A stretch of 42,188 nt of DNA from NCBI GenBank assembly GCA_965612865.1, contig CBFDTJ010000002.1:1-42188 (forward strand), given 5' to 3'. The stretch is from an uncultured bacterium. Its GTDB lineage: Bacteria; Caldisericota; Caldisericia; B22-G15. The first letter of the stretch is position 1, and every line of letters starts with the position of its first letter. Positions 16,924 to 26,852 of the stretch are shown one piece after another. The notes beneath the pieces were generated by a model, which searched no databases, was not told where the DNA came from, and saw only the letters and a list, made by a program, of their open reading frames with translations. The position numbers and the translations under genes were made by a program.

Positions 16924-17637
16924 TTAAAAGTATGCCTTCCTTATTATCTCCTGTTTCTTCAGCTCTTCAGGTGTCCCTTCTGCTATAATCTGGCCCTTCT
17001 GTAAGAAATAGCCATAATGCGTTATTTCCAGAGCCATATTAGCATTCTGTTCCACGAGAAGAACTGTTATTCCCTTTTCTCTGTTTATCTTCTTTATTAT
17101 CTCTGCTGTCTCCTGAATAAGGATTGGCGCAAGACCAAAAGAAGGTTCGTCAAATATCATAAGTTTTGGATTTCCCATAAGTGCTCTGCCTATGTTTAAC
17201 ATGGATTGTTCACCACCTGAAAGTGTACCTGCAACCTGGTTTAATCTCTCCTTTAATCTCGGGAAGTAAGGGAAGACCAGTTCTTCAAGACGCCTTTCTA
17301 TCTCCTCCTTTTCTTTTACAAGATACGCACCCATCCTTAAATTTTCTAAAACGGTAAGCTTCGGGAATATCCTTTTACCCTCTGGAGCAATGGAGATTCC
17401 AAGAGAAATAACTCTGTGAGTACTGTAATGTGTTATATCCTTTCCTTCAAAGTAAATCTTTCCTTCCACCACCTTAACAAGTCCAAGAATTGCCTTAATA
17501 AGAGTTGACTTTCCAGCACCGTTGGAGCCGAGGAGAGAGACACACTTTCCTTTATCAACTTTGATAGAGACATCTATCAACATTTTGTTTACCCCGTAAA
17601 CTGTAGTTACATGTTCCATTCTGAGCATCTCAGCCAT
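16924..17637 (-). CDS. livF: Branched-chain amino acid ABC transporter ATP-binding protein
   Basis: Walker A GSNGAGKST, signature LSGGEQ, Walker B LMIFDEPS. Operon position after livG. Confidence 0.92.
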   Translation of the reverse strand: MAEMLRMEHVTTVYGVNKMLIDVSIKVDKGKCVSLLGSNGAGKSTLIKAILGLVKVVEGKIYFEGKDITHYSTHRVISLGISIAPEGKRIFPKLTVLENLRMGAYLVKEKEEIERRLEELVFPYFPRLKERLNQVAGTLSGGEQSMLNIGRALMGNPKLMIFDEPSFGLAPILIQETAEIIKKINREKGITVLLVEQNANMALEITHYGYFLQKGQIIAEGTPEELKKQEIIRKAYF

Positions 17638-18427
17638 TGGCGACCTCCTTACCTAAATAGGCCTCTATGACCTCCTTGTCGTGGGAAACCTCTTCGTATG
17701 TTCCTTCTGCTATTACCTGACCAAAGTTTAATGCAATAACTCTCTCTGATACACTGCTAATAACCTTCATATCATGCTCTATGATCATAATTGTGACGTT
17801 CTCCATCTCCTTTCTGACCTTTTCTATATCATCCATCAACTCTTGAGTTTCATCTGCATTCATACCTGCTGAAGGCTCGTCGAGTAGAATAAGTTTTGGT
17901 TCTGCTATCATAGCTCTACATATCTCAACCCTTCTTCTATCTATGTGGGGTAGGGATCCAACAGGAACAAAAAGTTTCTCCACAAGGTTTGGGTTAAATA
18001 TATTTAGTAAGTGGACTGCTCTTTCTGTATGTTTTTTTACCTCTTTTATCAGCTTCTTTCTGTTGAAAATTGCATCAATATATCCAGATTTTTGAACAGG
18101 GTATGTGCCAATAAGTATGTTATCAAGAATCGTTAAATCAAGACACAATCTACTTGTCTGGTATGTTCTTGAAATTCCCTTCCTTGTTATATCATATGGT
18201 TCCTTTCCTGTGAGATCCTCACCCATAAAGTAGAATCTTCCTTTGGTGGGTTTATAGAAACCTGTTATGACATTAAAGAAGGTAGTTTTCCCACTTCCGT
18301 TTGGTCCAATCATACCCAGTATCTCATTCTCATATATCTTTATGTTTATGTTTTTGAGTGCATAGAGACCACCAAATCGCATCTCTATATCTTCAGTGTA
18401 GAAAATTGTCTTTTTCTTCTCTGCCAT
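17630..18427 (-). CDS. livG: Branched-chain amino acid ABC transporter ATP-binding protein
   Basis: Walker A GPNGSGKTT, Walker B LILLDEPSAGM, and the C-terminal BCAA-ABC motif EVIEAYLG. Confidence 0.92.
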   Translation of the reverse strand: MAEKKKTIFYTEDIEMRFGGLYALKNINIKIYENEILGMIGPNGSGKTTFFNVITGFYKPTKGRFYFMGEDLTGKEPYDITRKGISRTYQTSRLCLDLTILDNILIGTYPVQKSGYIDAIFNRKKLIKEVKKHTERAVHLLNIFNPNLVEKLFVPVGSLPHIDRRRVEICRAMIAEPKLILLDEPSAGMNADETQELMDDIEKVRKEMENVTIMIIEHDMKVISSVSERVIALNFGQVIAEGTYEEVSHDKEVIEAYLGKEVANG

Positions 18428-19611
18428 TAGCTTCCTCCTTTTCGAGCAAACTTCAAAATGGAAGAATCATACTTTCTGGGACCAAATGGAAGAATACCTC
18501 TTGGTCTGAGTATTAGTGTAACCACAAGGAGGATTCCATAAAGGAATATTCTATACTCTGTTACAACTCTTAACTTTTCCGGGAATACAACAAGGAGTAT
18601 AGATGCAATTATCACACCCAATATGTTGTCCATACCTCCAATTATTACTATAGCAACGATAAGTAGCGACTGGGCAAACTGGAAGTTCGGAGGAGATATG
18701 AATCCAATCATGTGAGCATAGAGAGCTCCTGCCACTCCCATAAAGAAGTTTCCAACAACAAACACTATAAGTTTCCTGAAGTTTGTATTTATTCCACAAC
18801 CTTTTGCCGCAAGTTCGTCATCTCTTATATAGGCAGATGTTAAACCTACCCAAGAGTTGAATAATCTTGCAAAGACAAGAATGGTTATACCAAGAAGGGC
18901 AAGCACAAGATAGTAATAGTTTGTATAAAAGTGTAAACCTCCTATGTTGGTAAGAAAACTATAACCAAAAATATTCACAGGAGGTATGTTCTTTAGTCCC
19001 TGAGGTCCACCAATTATTTCTATGTTGTCAGCTGCAAGAACAAGCATAAAACCAAAAGCAAGTGTAACAAGGGCAAGGTAGTGACCTTTTGTTTTGTAAA
19101 TAGGTATAACAAGGAGAAGTCCTGCAAAAGCTGCTGCAAGACCTGCAAGAGGAATTGTGATGAGAGCTGACCAGCCAAGTTTTAAAGCAAGAAGTCCTGC
19201 TGTATATGCACCAATTCCATAAAATGCTGCCGTTGCAAGGTTCATCATACCTGTTGAACCAAGCTGGAAATTTAGACCCAGTGCTATCATAATATAGATT
19301 CCAGTTTGAATAAGAATCAGCGTCCAGTATGTGCTATGAACAATCATGAGCGGGCTTATAATGGGATAGAGAACGAGCAGGATAAATAGAACTCCTATGG
19401 CAAAATTTTGATACTTTGAGAATGGTTCAAGAAGAGCCTGGAATTTCTCCTTATAGATCTTTGAGAGGAAGTAGATAAGCGCCACAAGAAGAATAGCTAC
19501 AATAACTGTCCATATGGACTCTACCTTCAAGAAGAAGAGAAACAGGAAAAAGGCAACAACCTCAACCAATATTATTTTTATGCAATCTAAAAACTTATTT
19601 TCCTTCTTCAT
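18427..19611 (-). CDS. livM: Branched-chain amino acid ABC transporter permease
   Basis: Polytopic membrane protein with LivM-type segments (GLNFQLGSTGMMNLATAAFYGIGAYTA). ATG overlaps the livG start region. Confidence 0.9.
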   Translation of the reverse strand: MKKENKFLDCIKIILVEVVAFFLFLFFLKVESIWTVIVAILLVALIYFLSKIYKEKFQALLEPFSKYQNFAIGVLFILLVLYPIISPLMIVHSTYWTLILIQTGIYIMIALGLNFQLGSTGMMNLATAAFYGIGAYTAGLLALKLGWSALITIPLAGLAAAFAGLLLVIPIYKTKGHYLALVTLAFGFMLVLAADNIEIIGGPQGLKNIPPVNIFGYSFLTNIGGLHFYTNYYYLVLALLGITILVFARLFNSWVGLTSAYIRDDELAAKGCGINTNFRKLIVFVVGNFFMGVAGALYAHMIGFISPPNFQFAQSLLIVAIVIIGGMDNILGVIIASILLVVFPEKLRVVTEYRIFLYGILLVVTLILRPRGILPFGPRKYDSSILKFARKGGS

Positions 19612-19613
19612 GG

Positions 19614-20558
19614 CTATACCCTCTCGTAAGCTCTTTCACCTAAAATACCAGATGGTCTGAAGATGAGGAAGAGAATCACGACGGCAAAGGCTATAACTGT
19701 CATATACTCAGAACCTTTCGGGATAAGTGCAGCGGATAAAGATTCCACCATAGCAAAGAGAAATCCTCCAACAATAGCTCCATATATATTACCCAGTCCT
19801 CCAATTACAGCGGCAGAGAAACCAACAATTCCAGCCATAGCACCCATATCAAATATTATTGAGTTGTAGTATAAACCATTCATGAAACCCGCAAGGGCCG
19901 CAAGAGCTGAGCCAATAAAGAATGTAACATCTATAATTAAATTCTTGTTAACACCCATCATGGAAGCTGCTTCTGCATCCTGAGCAACAGCTCTTATTGT
20001 AAGACCCATCTTTGTTTTATTTATGTAAAGTGCAAGCAAGATAACCACTATAACACCAACAGCAAGAATCAGGAGATTATCATACCTCAGTATAATGCCC
20101 TTAAATTCTATAGCCTCCTTCCCGGGAAATAACTTGACAAGTAGTTCTGGAAATCTCTTTGTTTCACTTCCTCTTGGATAGAAAAGTCTCACAGCCTCTC
20201 TTATTGCTATACCTAAACCCAGTGTAGCTACAAGGCTCATAAGTGTTGGACCTTTAGAAACAGGTTTTACCACTATCCTTTCAAAGAACACACCTAAACC
20301 ACCTACTATAATCATAGACAAGATAATAACAAGTATAAGGAGAAACACATAAGTAGCACCAGAAGCAGTGAGCATTCCTGTTACATTTATTAAAATCAGG
20401 CTGACAAATGCTCCGAGCATAAAAATATCGCCATGGGCGAAGTTTATGACATCAAGTACACCAAAGAAGAGAGAAAAACCAACAGCAACAAGCGAATACT
20501 GAATTCCAAGCATTATTCCATTAAATATAATCTGTAAAAAAATAGATGCTGAAGTCAT
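19614..20558 (-). CDS. livH: Branched-chain amino acid ABC transporter permease
   Basis: LivH-type motifs INFAHGDIFMLGAF and GGLGNIYGAIVGG. Confidence 0.92.
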   Translation of the reverse strand: MTSASIFLQIIFNGIMLGIQYSLVAVGFSLFFGVLDVINFAHGDIFMLGAFVSLILINVTGMLTASGATYVFLLILVIILSMIIVGGLGVFFERIVVKPVSKGPTLMSLVATLGLGIAIREAVRLFYPRGSETKRFPELLVKLFPGKEAIEFKGIILRYDNLLILAVGVIVVILLALYINKTKMGLTIRAVAQDAEAASMMGVNKNLIIDVTFFIGSALAALAGFMNGLYYNSIIFDMGAMAGIVGFSAAVIGGLGNIYGAIVGGFLFAMVESLSAALIPKGSEYMTVIAFAVVILFLIFRPSGILGERAYERV

Positions 20559-20595
20559 AATTGTTCTCCTTTTGAAAAGTTATTGATTTGATATT

Positions 20596-20623
20596 AAAAG
20601 GGCTGGATAAATCCAGCCCTTTT
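20596..20623 (-). terminator. Intra-operon hairpin between livJ-type SBP gene and livH (partial terminator/attenuator)
   Basis: Stem GGGCTGGA/TCCAGCCC (20600-20607/20612-20619) is extended by A/T pairs and followed on the - strand by TTTTAATAT. Confidence 0.55.
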
Positions 20624-20639
20624 AAATAATTCATTTATC

Positions 20640-21875
20640 TTATGGACCCTGATATGGATTGACCCACTCTCTTCCTTCTCTGTAGGCAAAACCAGGGAGC
20701 TCTCTTTCTCCCTTTGCATAAAGGGAGTCATCCCAGGGCACCCACTGTCCATCCTGACTTACATAAGCAGTAACAAGCGGAACATCGTTCTGTCCATACT
20801 CGTTAAAGTGGATCCTTCCAATTATGTCCTCTGTATCTGTCTTATTTATCTCCTCAGCAACCTTAGCTCTATCTGGTCCAACCTTCTCTATAGCCTTAAT
20901 TATTATGTTTGCAGCGCAGTAAGCAAATGGTCCGTAGGCTTCGTATGGCTCATCAAATCCTGCCTCTTCGTATGCCTTCTTAAATTCCAATCCTCCTGGC
21001 ATTTTCTCTATTGGTGCTCCGTCAAGCATGCATATTGTACCCTCTGCATGCTCACCCAAACTTGTGTTAAAGTCATCACTCTTTATGCCAGATGTTCCAA
21101 GGAATTGAGCCTTTACTCCTAATTTATCCATCTGACTCTTAATAAGGACTCCTTCAGCAGTTAATCCACCAAAATAAACAACCTCAGGGTTTAAAGCCTT
21201 TATCTTGGTAAGAATTGTGGTAAAGTCCTTCTGACCAATTGTTATTCCATCAATGGAGAGTGGCTCTATTCCTCTTTTTTCAAGAGCCTTAAGGAAGTAT
21301 TTAAGATGTCCTCTTCCATAGTCTGTGGTATCATGAATGATGCAGAATTTCTTAAAGCCAAGTTCATCCACCATAAAATGAGCATTGAACTCGTTCTGCT
21401 CAACCTGTGTTCCGTTAACACGGCTAACCTCTATATAATCGTTTCCATAGGTAATATCTGGAAGAACTGCTCCCCATACAATTACAGGTAGTCCGAACTT
21501 GTGATACACATCCACGCAGCTTATGGCAACCATACTGCAGTAATGTGTAGCAGCAGCTATTATTTCTGGATCTGAACATGCCTTTGTTGCAACCTCAACT
21601 CCCTTCTGTGGAACACATTCATCATCAAATGACACAACTTCATAAGTATACTTATTCTTCCCAGAGTTGTTCTGCTGCATCACCGCAAGTTTAAAGGAAT
21701 TTAATCCACCAATACCCATTTTCGAATACTTCCCCGTAAGTGGTCCAATGAAACCGATTTTAACAACTTTCTTTTCCTCTTCTTTAGGTTTACAACCATA
21801 GTTGGAAACCACAAGAAGTGAGAATACCAGCAAAATGATGATTACTAAACTCACTACCTTTAAACTTCCTCTCAT
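20640..21875 (-). CDS. livJ: Branched-chain amino acid ABC transporter substrate-binding (lipo)protein, LivJ/LivK type
   Basis: Signal peptide with Cys (VVSNYGC), then IGFIGPLTG...G..... typical of periplasmic binding protein type 1. First gene of the liv cluster. Confidence 0.88.
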   Translation of the reverse strand: MRGSLKVVSLVIIILLVFSLLVVSNYGCKPKEEEKKVVKIGFIGPLTGKYSKMGIGGLNSFKLAVMQQNNSGKNKYTYEVVSFDDECVPQKGVEVATKACSDPEIIAAATHYCSMVAISCVDVYHKFGLPVIVWGAVLPDITYGNDYIEVSRVNGTQVEQNEFNAHFMVDELGFKKFCIIHDTTDYGRGHLKYFLKALEKRGIEPLSIDGITIGQKDFTTILTKIKALNPEVVYFGGLTAEGVLIKSQMDKLGVKAQFLGTSGIKSDDFNTSLGEHAEGTICMLDGAPIEKMPGGLEFKKAYEEAGFDEPYEAYGPFAYCAANIIIKAIEKVGPDRAKVAEEINKTDTEDIIGRIHFNEYGQNDVPLVTAYVSQDGQWVPWDDSLYAKGERELPGFAYREGREWVNPYQGP

Positions 21876-21947
21876 TTCAATCCACCTCCTAATTTTAACA
21901 CTCTTCCCTCTTTCGCTTTTTAGTATTGTAGCAAATTGTTACTTGTA

Positions 21948-21975
21948 ATTATATAATAACCGATAAATTTTGCAA
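21948..21975 (-). promoter_or_regulatory. Sigma-70-type promoter for liv operon (TTGCAA-16 nt-TATAAT)
   Basis: On the minus strand, TTGCAA lies at 21975..21970, followed by a 16-nt spacer and TATAAT at 21953..21948. Leader of ~65 nt to ATG 21875. Confidence 0.45.
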
Positions 21976-21991
21976 GACAGGCACAAGTTAA

Positions 21992-23236
21992 TTAATCCTG
22001 TCCCTCCTTTTTATACTTGGCCTCATACATCCTTCTATCTATTTCTCTTAGTGCCCTTTCCACAGTATCGCCTTTGTAGGGATAAAAGGTTCCACTGCCA
22101 AAACTTAAAGATATAGCCACATTTTTATCCTTGTTCTTTTCGTTCCATACTCTCAAATTCTTCAGGATTCTATCTTCAACAATCTTAACTCCTTTTTCTG
22201 TCTGAGGAAGAACGATGAGAAACTCATCACCTCCAAACCTTACCACAAAATCTGAGTTTCTAAGACTCATGCTTAGAATTTTGGCAACCTCTTTTAAGAT
22301 AAAATCTCCAAAGAGATGCCCGAAGTTATCATTTATAGATTTAAAATTATCTACATCCACAAGGATAAAGGATATGGGTTGCTTGAATCTCTTGTTTCTA
22401 TCCCACTCTTTGTATACAAATTCATTAAAAAAGTGTCTGTTAAATATACCTGTAAGGGCGTCATTAATTGCAAGCTTTTTGAGCTTCACCTCGTATTTCT
22501 TCTTTTTGGTTATATCCCTTACAATACCAAAAATGTACTCAAGCTCCCCCTTCTTATTCTTTATGGCTCCAACAGTTTCCTCAATAATTATCTCTTTTCC
22601 CTTTGGTCCCTTCGCTCTAAGCTCTATCCTTTTAGGAATCCTGTTAAAGGTTTTTTTCTTCAGTCTCTCCTTTTCCTTCTCTGTGAGCAGATCCCTGGAG
22701 TTCATTCCTATTAGTTTCTCGAGAGGGATCCCGTGAATTTCAGAGAATTTCTTGTTTGCAAAGACTATTTTTCCACTCTTTGCCTCTCTCACATATATAC
22801 CTTCATCTGCTGTATTAATTACCTCTGTAAGGAGAGTCTCAAGTTCAGAAATCTTTTCCTCCATTTTAACTTCAAAAGAGATATCTCTTACGATTACAAC
22901 AATGGATTTCTCTCCTCTATAATACGCAGATGATGCCCAGAAATCACATACTACCTCAGTTCCGTCCTTTCTCATAAGTTTCGCCCTGTAATGAGTGGGA
23001 GGTTTTTCGCCTTTAAGTCTTTTAATAGCATACCCACTCAGCCTCTCTCTTTCTTCCTCAGGAAGCAAATCATTGGGTTTCATTTTAAGGAGCTCGTCTT
23101 TTGAATAGCCTGTAATCTTTGAAAGAGTTTGATTGACAAATTTGATTTTTTTTAAATCATGGATAATAATCCCCTCCGGAAGATTTTCAATTAAAGATGC
23201 ATAAAATTCATGACTCTCATCGTTCTCTTGTTTCAT
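21992..23236 (-). CDS. PAS-PAS-GGDEF diguanylate cyclase
   Basis: Two PAS-like modules, then DALTGIFNRHFF, the active site RFGGDEFLIV, and the I-site RNSD five residues upstream of GGDEF. Confidence 0.9.
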   Translation of the reverse strand: MKQENDESHEFYASLIENLPEGIIIHDLKKIKFVNQTLSKITGYSKDELLKMKPNDLLPEEERERLSGYAIKRLKGEKPPTHYRAKLMRKDGTEVVCDFWASSAYYRGEKSIVVIVRDISFEVKMEEKISELETLLTEVINTADEGIYVREAKSGKIVFANKKFSEIHGIPLEKLIGMNSRDLLTEKEKERLKKKTFNRIPKRIELRAKGPKGKEIIIEETVGAIKNKKGELEYIFGIVRDITKKKKYEVKLKKLAINDALTGIFNRHFFNEFVYKEWDRNKRFKQPISFILVDVDNFKSINDNFGHLFGDFILKEVAKILSMSLRNSDFVVRFGGDEFLIVLPQTEKGVKIVEDRILKNLRVWNEKNKDKNVAISLSFGSGTFYPYKGDTVERALREIDRRMYEAKYKKEGQD

Positions 23237-23257
23237 CTCTTTGTCCTTTTTTATTTC

Positions 23258-23266
23258 ATTTTATCA
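23258..23266 (-). promoter_or_regulatory. Extended -10 promoter element (TGaTAAAAT) for the GGDEF gene
   Basis: The minus strand reads TGATAAAAT. Short leader with AAGGA before ATG 23236. Confidence 0.4.
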
Positions 23267-23295
23267 GATTTTTTATTGGAACTTTTTTATTTAGC

Positions 23296-23325
23296 TTGTA
23301 AATTAACTAACTATTAGTGTAAAAT
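23296..23325 (+). promoter_or_regulatory. Candidate promoter for rhomboid-pyk-ftsB unit (TTGTAA-18 nt-TAAAAT)
   Basis: TTGTAA at 23296-23301 and TAAAAT at 23320-23325. Leader of ~35 nt with SD GGAGGAG. Confidence 0.35.
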
Positions 23326-23366
23326 GGTTATATGGAAAGAAATTTTCGTGAAACGGAGGAGCTTTT

Positions 23367-24044
23367 ATGATACCTATATCAGATATAAATCCGAGAAGAA
23401 GGTTTCCATATGTTACTGTTGGACTTATAATCATAAATGTAATTATTTTTTTGTATGAAATTTTAAATCCTAATCTCAACATGCTCATATATAAATGGGG
23501 AGTTGTGCCTAAAAGACTGTTTACCCTTGGGGGTGTAGAGTATTTAACTCTTATAACATCAATGTTTCTTCACGGAAGCTTTGCTCACATAATAGGTAAT
23601 ATGCTTTACCTGTGGATATTTGGTGACAATATCGAGAACTTCCTTGGACCAGCCAAGTTTATACTGTTCTATTTCCTTTCTGGAATCCTTGCTGGTCTTA
23701 TACACTCACTGATATACGCCTCTTCCATGGTCCCCACCATTGGAGCATCTGGAGCAATAGCAGGAGTTATGGGGGCATACTTTTATCTCTATCCCGATGC
23801 AAAAGTCCTTGCCCTTGTTTTTCTCTTCTTCTATATAACCATCATTCCAGTACCTGCGTTTATATTCCTTGGCATATGGTTTTTAATGCAACTTCTTCCT
23901 GCCTTTGCTTCCTTTGGGAAGCTTGGAACAGGCATAGCCTTCTGGGCACATGTGGGTGGATTCGTAGTTGGTATAATATTAATTATTCTCATGGGTGGAA
24001 GAAGGAGAAGAGGTTATTATAATAACTATTGGAGAAGGTGGTAG
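23367..24044 (+). CDS. Rhomboid family intramembrane serine protease
   Basis: FLHGSFAHIIGNMLYLWIFG, catalytic GASGAIAGVMGAY, and a downstream AHVGGF histidine. About six TM helices. Confidence 0.9.
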   Translation: MIPISDINPRRRFPYVTVGLIIINVIIFLYEILNPNLNMLIYKWGVVPKRLFTLGGVEYLTLITSMFLHGSFAHIIGNMLYLWIFGDNIENFLGPAKFILFYFLSGILAGLIHSLIYASSMVPTIGASGAIAGVMGAYFYLYPDAKVLALVFLFFYITIIPVPAFIFLGIWFLMQLLPAFASFGKLGTGIAFWAHVGGFVVGIILIILMGGRRRRGYYNNYWRRW

Positions 24045-24046
24045 AA

Positions 24047-25459
24047 GTGAAGAGGACAAAGATTGTTGCAACACTTGGACCTTCATCTTCTAAAGAAAAC
24101 ATTATAGAAGAGTTAATAAAGGAGGGAGTTAATGTATTCAGGATAAATGCATCCCACGGAACACATGAAGAACATAAAGAAAGGATAGAAACTGTAAGGA
24201 AACTTTCAAAAAAATTAAACAAGAATATATCAATTCTACTGGACCTTCAGGGTCCAAAGATAAGAGTTGGAGAATTTGAAAAGGGAGAGATTGAGTTAAA
24301 ACAGGGTGATGAATTTATCTTAACCTCAAAAGATATTGTTGGAAACAAGGAAGCTGCATCTGTGTCCTATAAAGATCTTCCAAAAGATGTTCATCCTGGA
24401 GTTCGTCTTCTTCTTGATGATGGCGCCCTTGAGCTTGAGGTTGTTGAAACGGATGGAGAGAATATAAAGACGAAGGTTATAAGAGGTGGAATACTGAAGG
24501 ACAGGAAGGGGATAAATGTTAGAGGAGCAGAACTCAAAATCTCTTCCATAACAGAAAAGGATAGGGTTGATATTGAGTTCGGTTTAAAAGAGGATGTTGA
24601 CTTCTTTGCCCTCTCCTTTGTGAGGAAAGCTTGTGACATTGTCTCTTTGAGGAAAATTATAGAGAGCAAAGGAAAAAAAATACCAATTGTTGCAAAAATT
24701 GAGAAGTATGAGGCTATAAAAAATCTTGATGAAATAATTGATGCCTCTGATGGAGTTATGGTTGCAAGAGGGGATCTTGGGATCGAGGCACCAATTGAAG
24801 AGGTTGCCTTGCTTCAAAAGAAAATAATTAAAAAGGCTCTAAGAAAGGGGAAATTTTCAATAACTGCCACCCAGATGCTTGATTCAATGATTGAAAGACC
24901 CTATCCCACAAGAGCAGAGGTTTCGGATATAACCAATGCAATTTTTGATGGAACAGATGCAGTAATGCTCTCAGGAGAGACCGCGTCAGGCAAGTATCCA
25001 GTAGAGGCTGTAAGGGTTATGAGAAGGATAGCAGAGAAGGTGGAACCGGAACTGCCTTATGAAAAAAGAATAATGGAGATGGAAAGAGCGGTCTCAGCCC
25101 TTATTCCAGACTCCATAAGTTATGCTGGTGTCTTTGTTGCCTTTAATACAAAGGCATCTTTGATAGTCACTGCAACTGAAACAGGAAGGACTGCCATAAG
25201 AATTTCAAGATTCAGACCAAACGTTCCCATACTTGCCATTACTCCATGTGAAAAAGTGGCAAAGCTTTTATCTATTTACTGGGGTGTTTATCCTGTAGTG
25301 GTGGAGAGATTTAAGAATACTCAGGACATGGTGGAAAAAATTTCCCTTGAGACAAAGAAATCACCATTTGTAAAGAAGGGGGATCTTATCGTGTATCTTT
25401 CTGGTGTAATCCCGGGAGTAGCGGGTGGAACAAACCTGTTAAGAGTGGAGAGGCTATAA
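24047..25459 (+). CDS. pyk: Pyruvate kinase
   Basis: KRTKIVATLGPSS, FRINASHG, MVARGDLGIE and MLSGETA. The GTG at 24047 gives the canonical MKRTKIV and avoids overlap with the rhomboid gene. The ORF-track TTG at 24029 is an alternative. Confidence 0.92.
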   Translation: MKRTKIVATLGPSSSKENIIEELIKEGVNVFRINASHGTHEEHKERIETVRKLSKKLNKNISILLDLQGPKIRVGEFEKGEIELKQGDEFILTSKDIVGNKEAASVSYKDLPKDVHPGVRLLLDDGALELEVVETDGENIKTKVIRGGILKDRKGINVRGAELKISSITEKDRVDIEFGLKEDVDFFALSFVRKACDIVSLRKIIESKGKKIPIVAKIEKYEAIKNLDEIIDASDGVMVARGDLGIEAPIEEVALLQKKIIKKALRKGKFSITATQMLDSMIERPYPTRAEVSDITNAIFDGTDAVMLSGETASGKYPVEAVRVMRRIAEKVEPELPYEKRIMEMERAVSALIPDSISYAGVFVAFNTKASLIVTATETGRTAIRISRFRPNVPILAITPCEKVAKLLSIYWGVYPVVVERFKNTQDMVEKISLETKKSPFVKKGDLIVYLSGVIPGVAGGTNLLRVERL

Positions 25460-25749
25460 TGGAGGAACAATTTAAGAAAAGAAGAAGGGAAATAGAGGTA
25501 ACAATCTTTATTATAATTATAGTTTTTTCTCTCTACTATTTTTCAGCACCTATTTTAAAACTTATAAGTCTAAAAAGAGACATTGCCCAGATAAAAAAAG
25601 AGATGGAACTTGAAAGGGAAGAGATTATAAGATTGAAGAAGGAGTTAATCAAAGCTCAAACAGATGAGTATGTTGAAAGGTGGGCTAAAGAAAACCTGAA
25701 GATGGTAAAGGACGGGGAGAAGATCTACATAATAAAGGATAAGGATTAA
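25459..25749 (+). CDS. Septum formation initiator family protein (FtsB/DivIC-like)
   Basis: 96 aa with one N-terminal TM helix, a coiled coil (IAQIKKEMELEREEIIRLKKELIKA), then DEYVERWAKENLKMVKDGEKIYI. Start overlaps the pyk stop (TAATG). Confidence 0.72.
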   Translation: MEEQFKKRRREIEVTIFIIIIVFSLYYFSAPILKLISLKRDIAQIKKEMELEREEIIRLKKELIKAQTDEYVERWAKENLKMVKDGEKIYIIKDKD

Positions 25750-26852
25750 GACCTATTCACAAACTTAGCTAAAAATTCTTTCTTAAACTCATAAAATCTA
25801 TCTTCTTTTATGGCTCTCCTTAAATCCTTCATAAAGTTATACATAAATGTTAAGTTATGGATTGTGGCAAGTCGTGGTGCGAGAAGTTCCTTTGCCTTAA
25901 AGAGGTGATTTAAATATGCCCTTGTGTAGTTTCTACATGTAAAACAATTGCAATCCTCTTCAATCGGTCTAAAGTCATCCCTGTAATCACTCTTTGTTAT
26001 CCTCATCCTCCCATTCTTTGTAAGGAGGGTTCTGTTTCTTGCAATCCTTGTTGGAAAAACACAATCAAACATATCAACTCCAGCCTCCACTGCATCCATT
26101 ATTCTAATTGGATCTCCAAGTCCCATAAAGTATCTCGGTTTATTCTCTGGCATGTATGGAACGAACTCTTTTAGAAGCTCCCTTGTCTCCTCCCATGGCT
26201 CTCCAATGGATAATCCTCCAATCCCGTAGCCAGGAAAACCCTCTTCCTCAAGTTTATCCATGCACAACTTTCTTAAATTTATGTCAAGCCCTCCCTGAAC
26301 AACAGCAAATAGATCTCCTCTCTCTTTATTCTTCACCCTTTTCCCCCTTATTGCCCAATCTACACTCATCAGTGAGAACTTCTTGAGTTCGTGAAAATCC
26401 ACTCCATATGAAGGACATATATCCAGCGTCATCATTATATCCACACCGAGAAGTTCCTGAAATTTTATGGTAGATTCTGGAGTAAAGAAATGGGTGGAAC
26501 CATCAAGAAAGGATTTAAACTCCACACCGTCGTCTCTTATCTTTCTTATCTCTGAAAGGGAGAGCACCTGAAAACCACCAGAATCAGAGAGAGCAAGCTC
26601 ATCCCAGTTCATAAAATTCTTAACCCCACCAGCCTTTTTTATTATCTCCTCTCCCGGTTGGAGGTAGAGATGATATGTATTTACAAGTATAAGTTTGTAT
26701 CCAATCTCTTTTACATCTTCAGATGAAAGGGACTTTACAGTGGCTTGAGTTCCAACTGGCATAAAAACAGGGGTTTCAACAACAATATCCCCTATCTTTA
26801 ACTCTCCAAGCCTTATGTTTCCAAGTCTCTTTTTTACCTTAAATTCAAGAAT
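25746..26852 (-). CDS. tgt: tRNA-guanine transglycosylase (queuine tRNA-ribosyltransferase), probable ATT start
   Basis: TPVFMPVGT, SDSGGFQV, GIGGLSIGE and the zinc site CNCFTCRNYTRAYLNHL. The ATG ORF starts inside the conserved core. 30 open in-frame upstream codons encode the usual Tgt N-terminus and are bounded by TAG. ATT at 26852 lies 6 nt after GGAGG. Confidence 0.85.
   Translation of the reverse strand: MLEFKVKKRLGNIRLGELKIGDIVVETPVFMPVGTQATVKSLSSEDVKEIGYKLILVNTYHLYLQPGEEIIKKAGGVKNFMNWDELALSDSGGFQVLSLSEIRKIRDDGVEFKSFLDGSTHFFTPESTIKFQELLGVDIMMTLDICPSYGVDFHELKKFSLMSVDWAIRGKRVKNKERGDLFAVVQGGLDINLRKLCMDKLEEEGFPGYGIGGLSIGEPWEETRELLKEFVPYMPENKPRYFMGLGDPIRIMDAVEAGVDMFDCVFPTRIARNRTLLTKNGRMRITKSDYRDDFRPIEEDCNCFTCRNYTRAYLNHLFKAKELLAPRLATIHNLTFMYNFMKDLRRAIKEDRFYEFKKEFLAKFVNRS

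Noticed and set aside
21387-21396. GAAC-TC-GTTC palindrome as a possible LexA (Cheo-type) box
   Set aside because: The spacing is wrong (2 rather than 4 nt). It lies inside the livJ-type coding sequence and is not upstream of any SOS-type gene.
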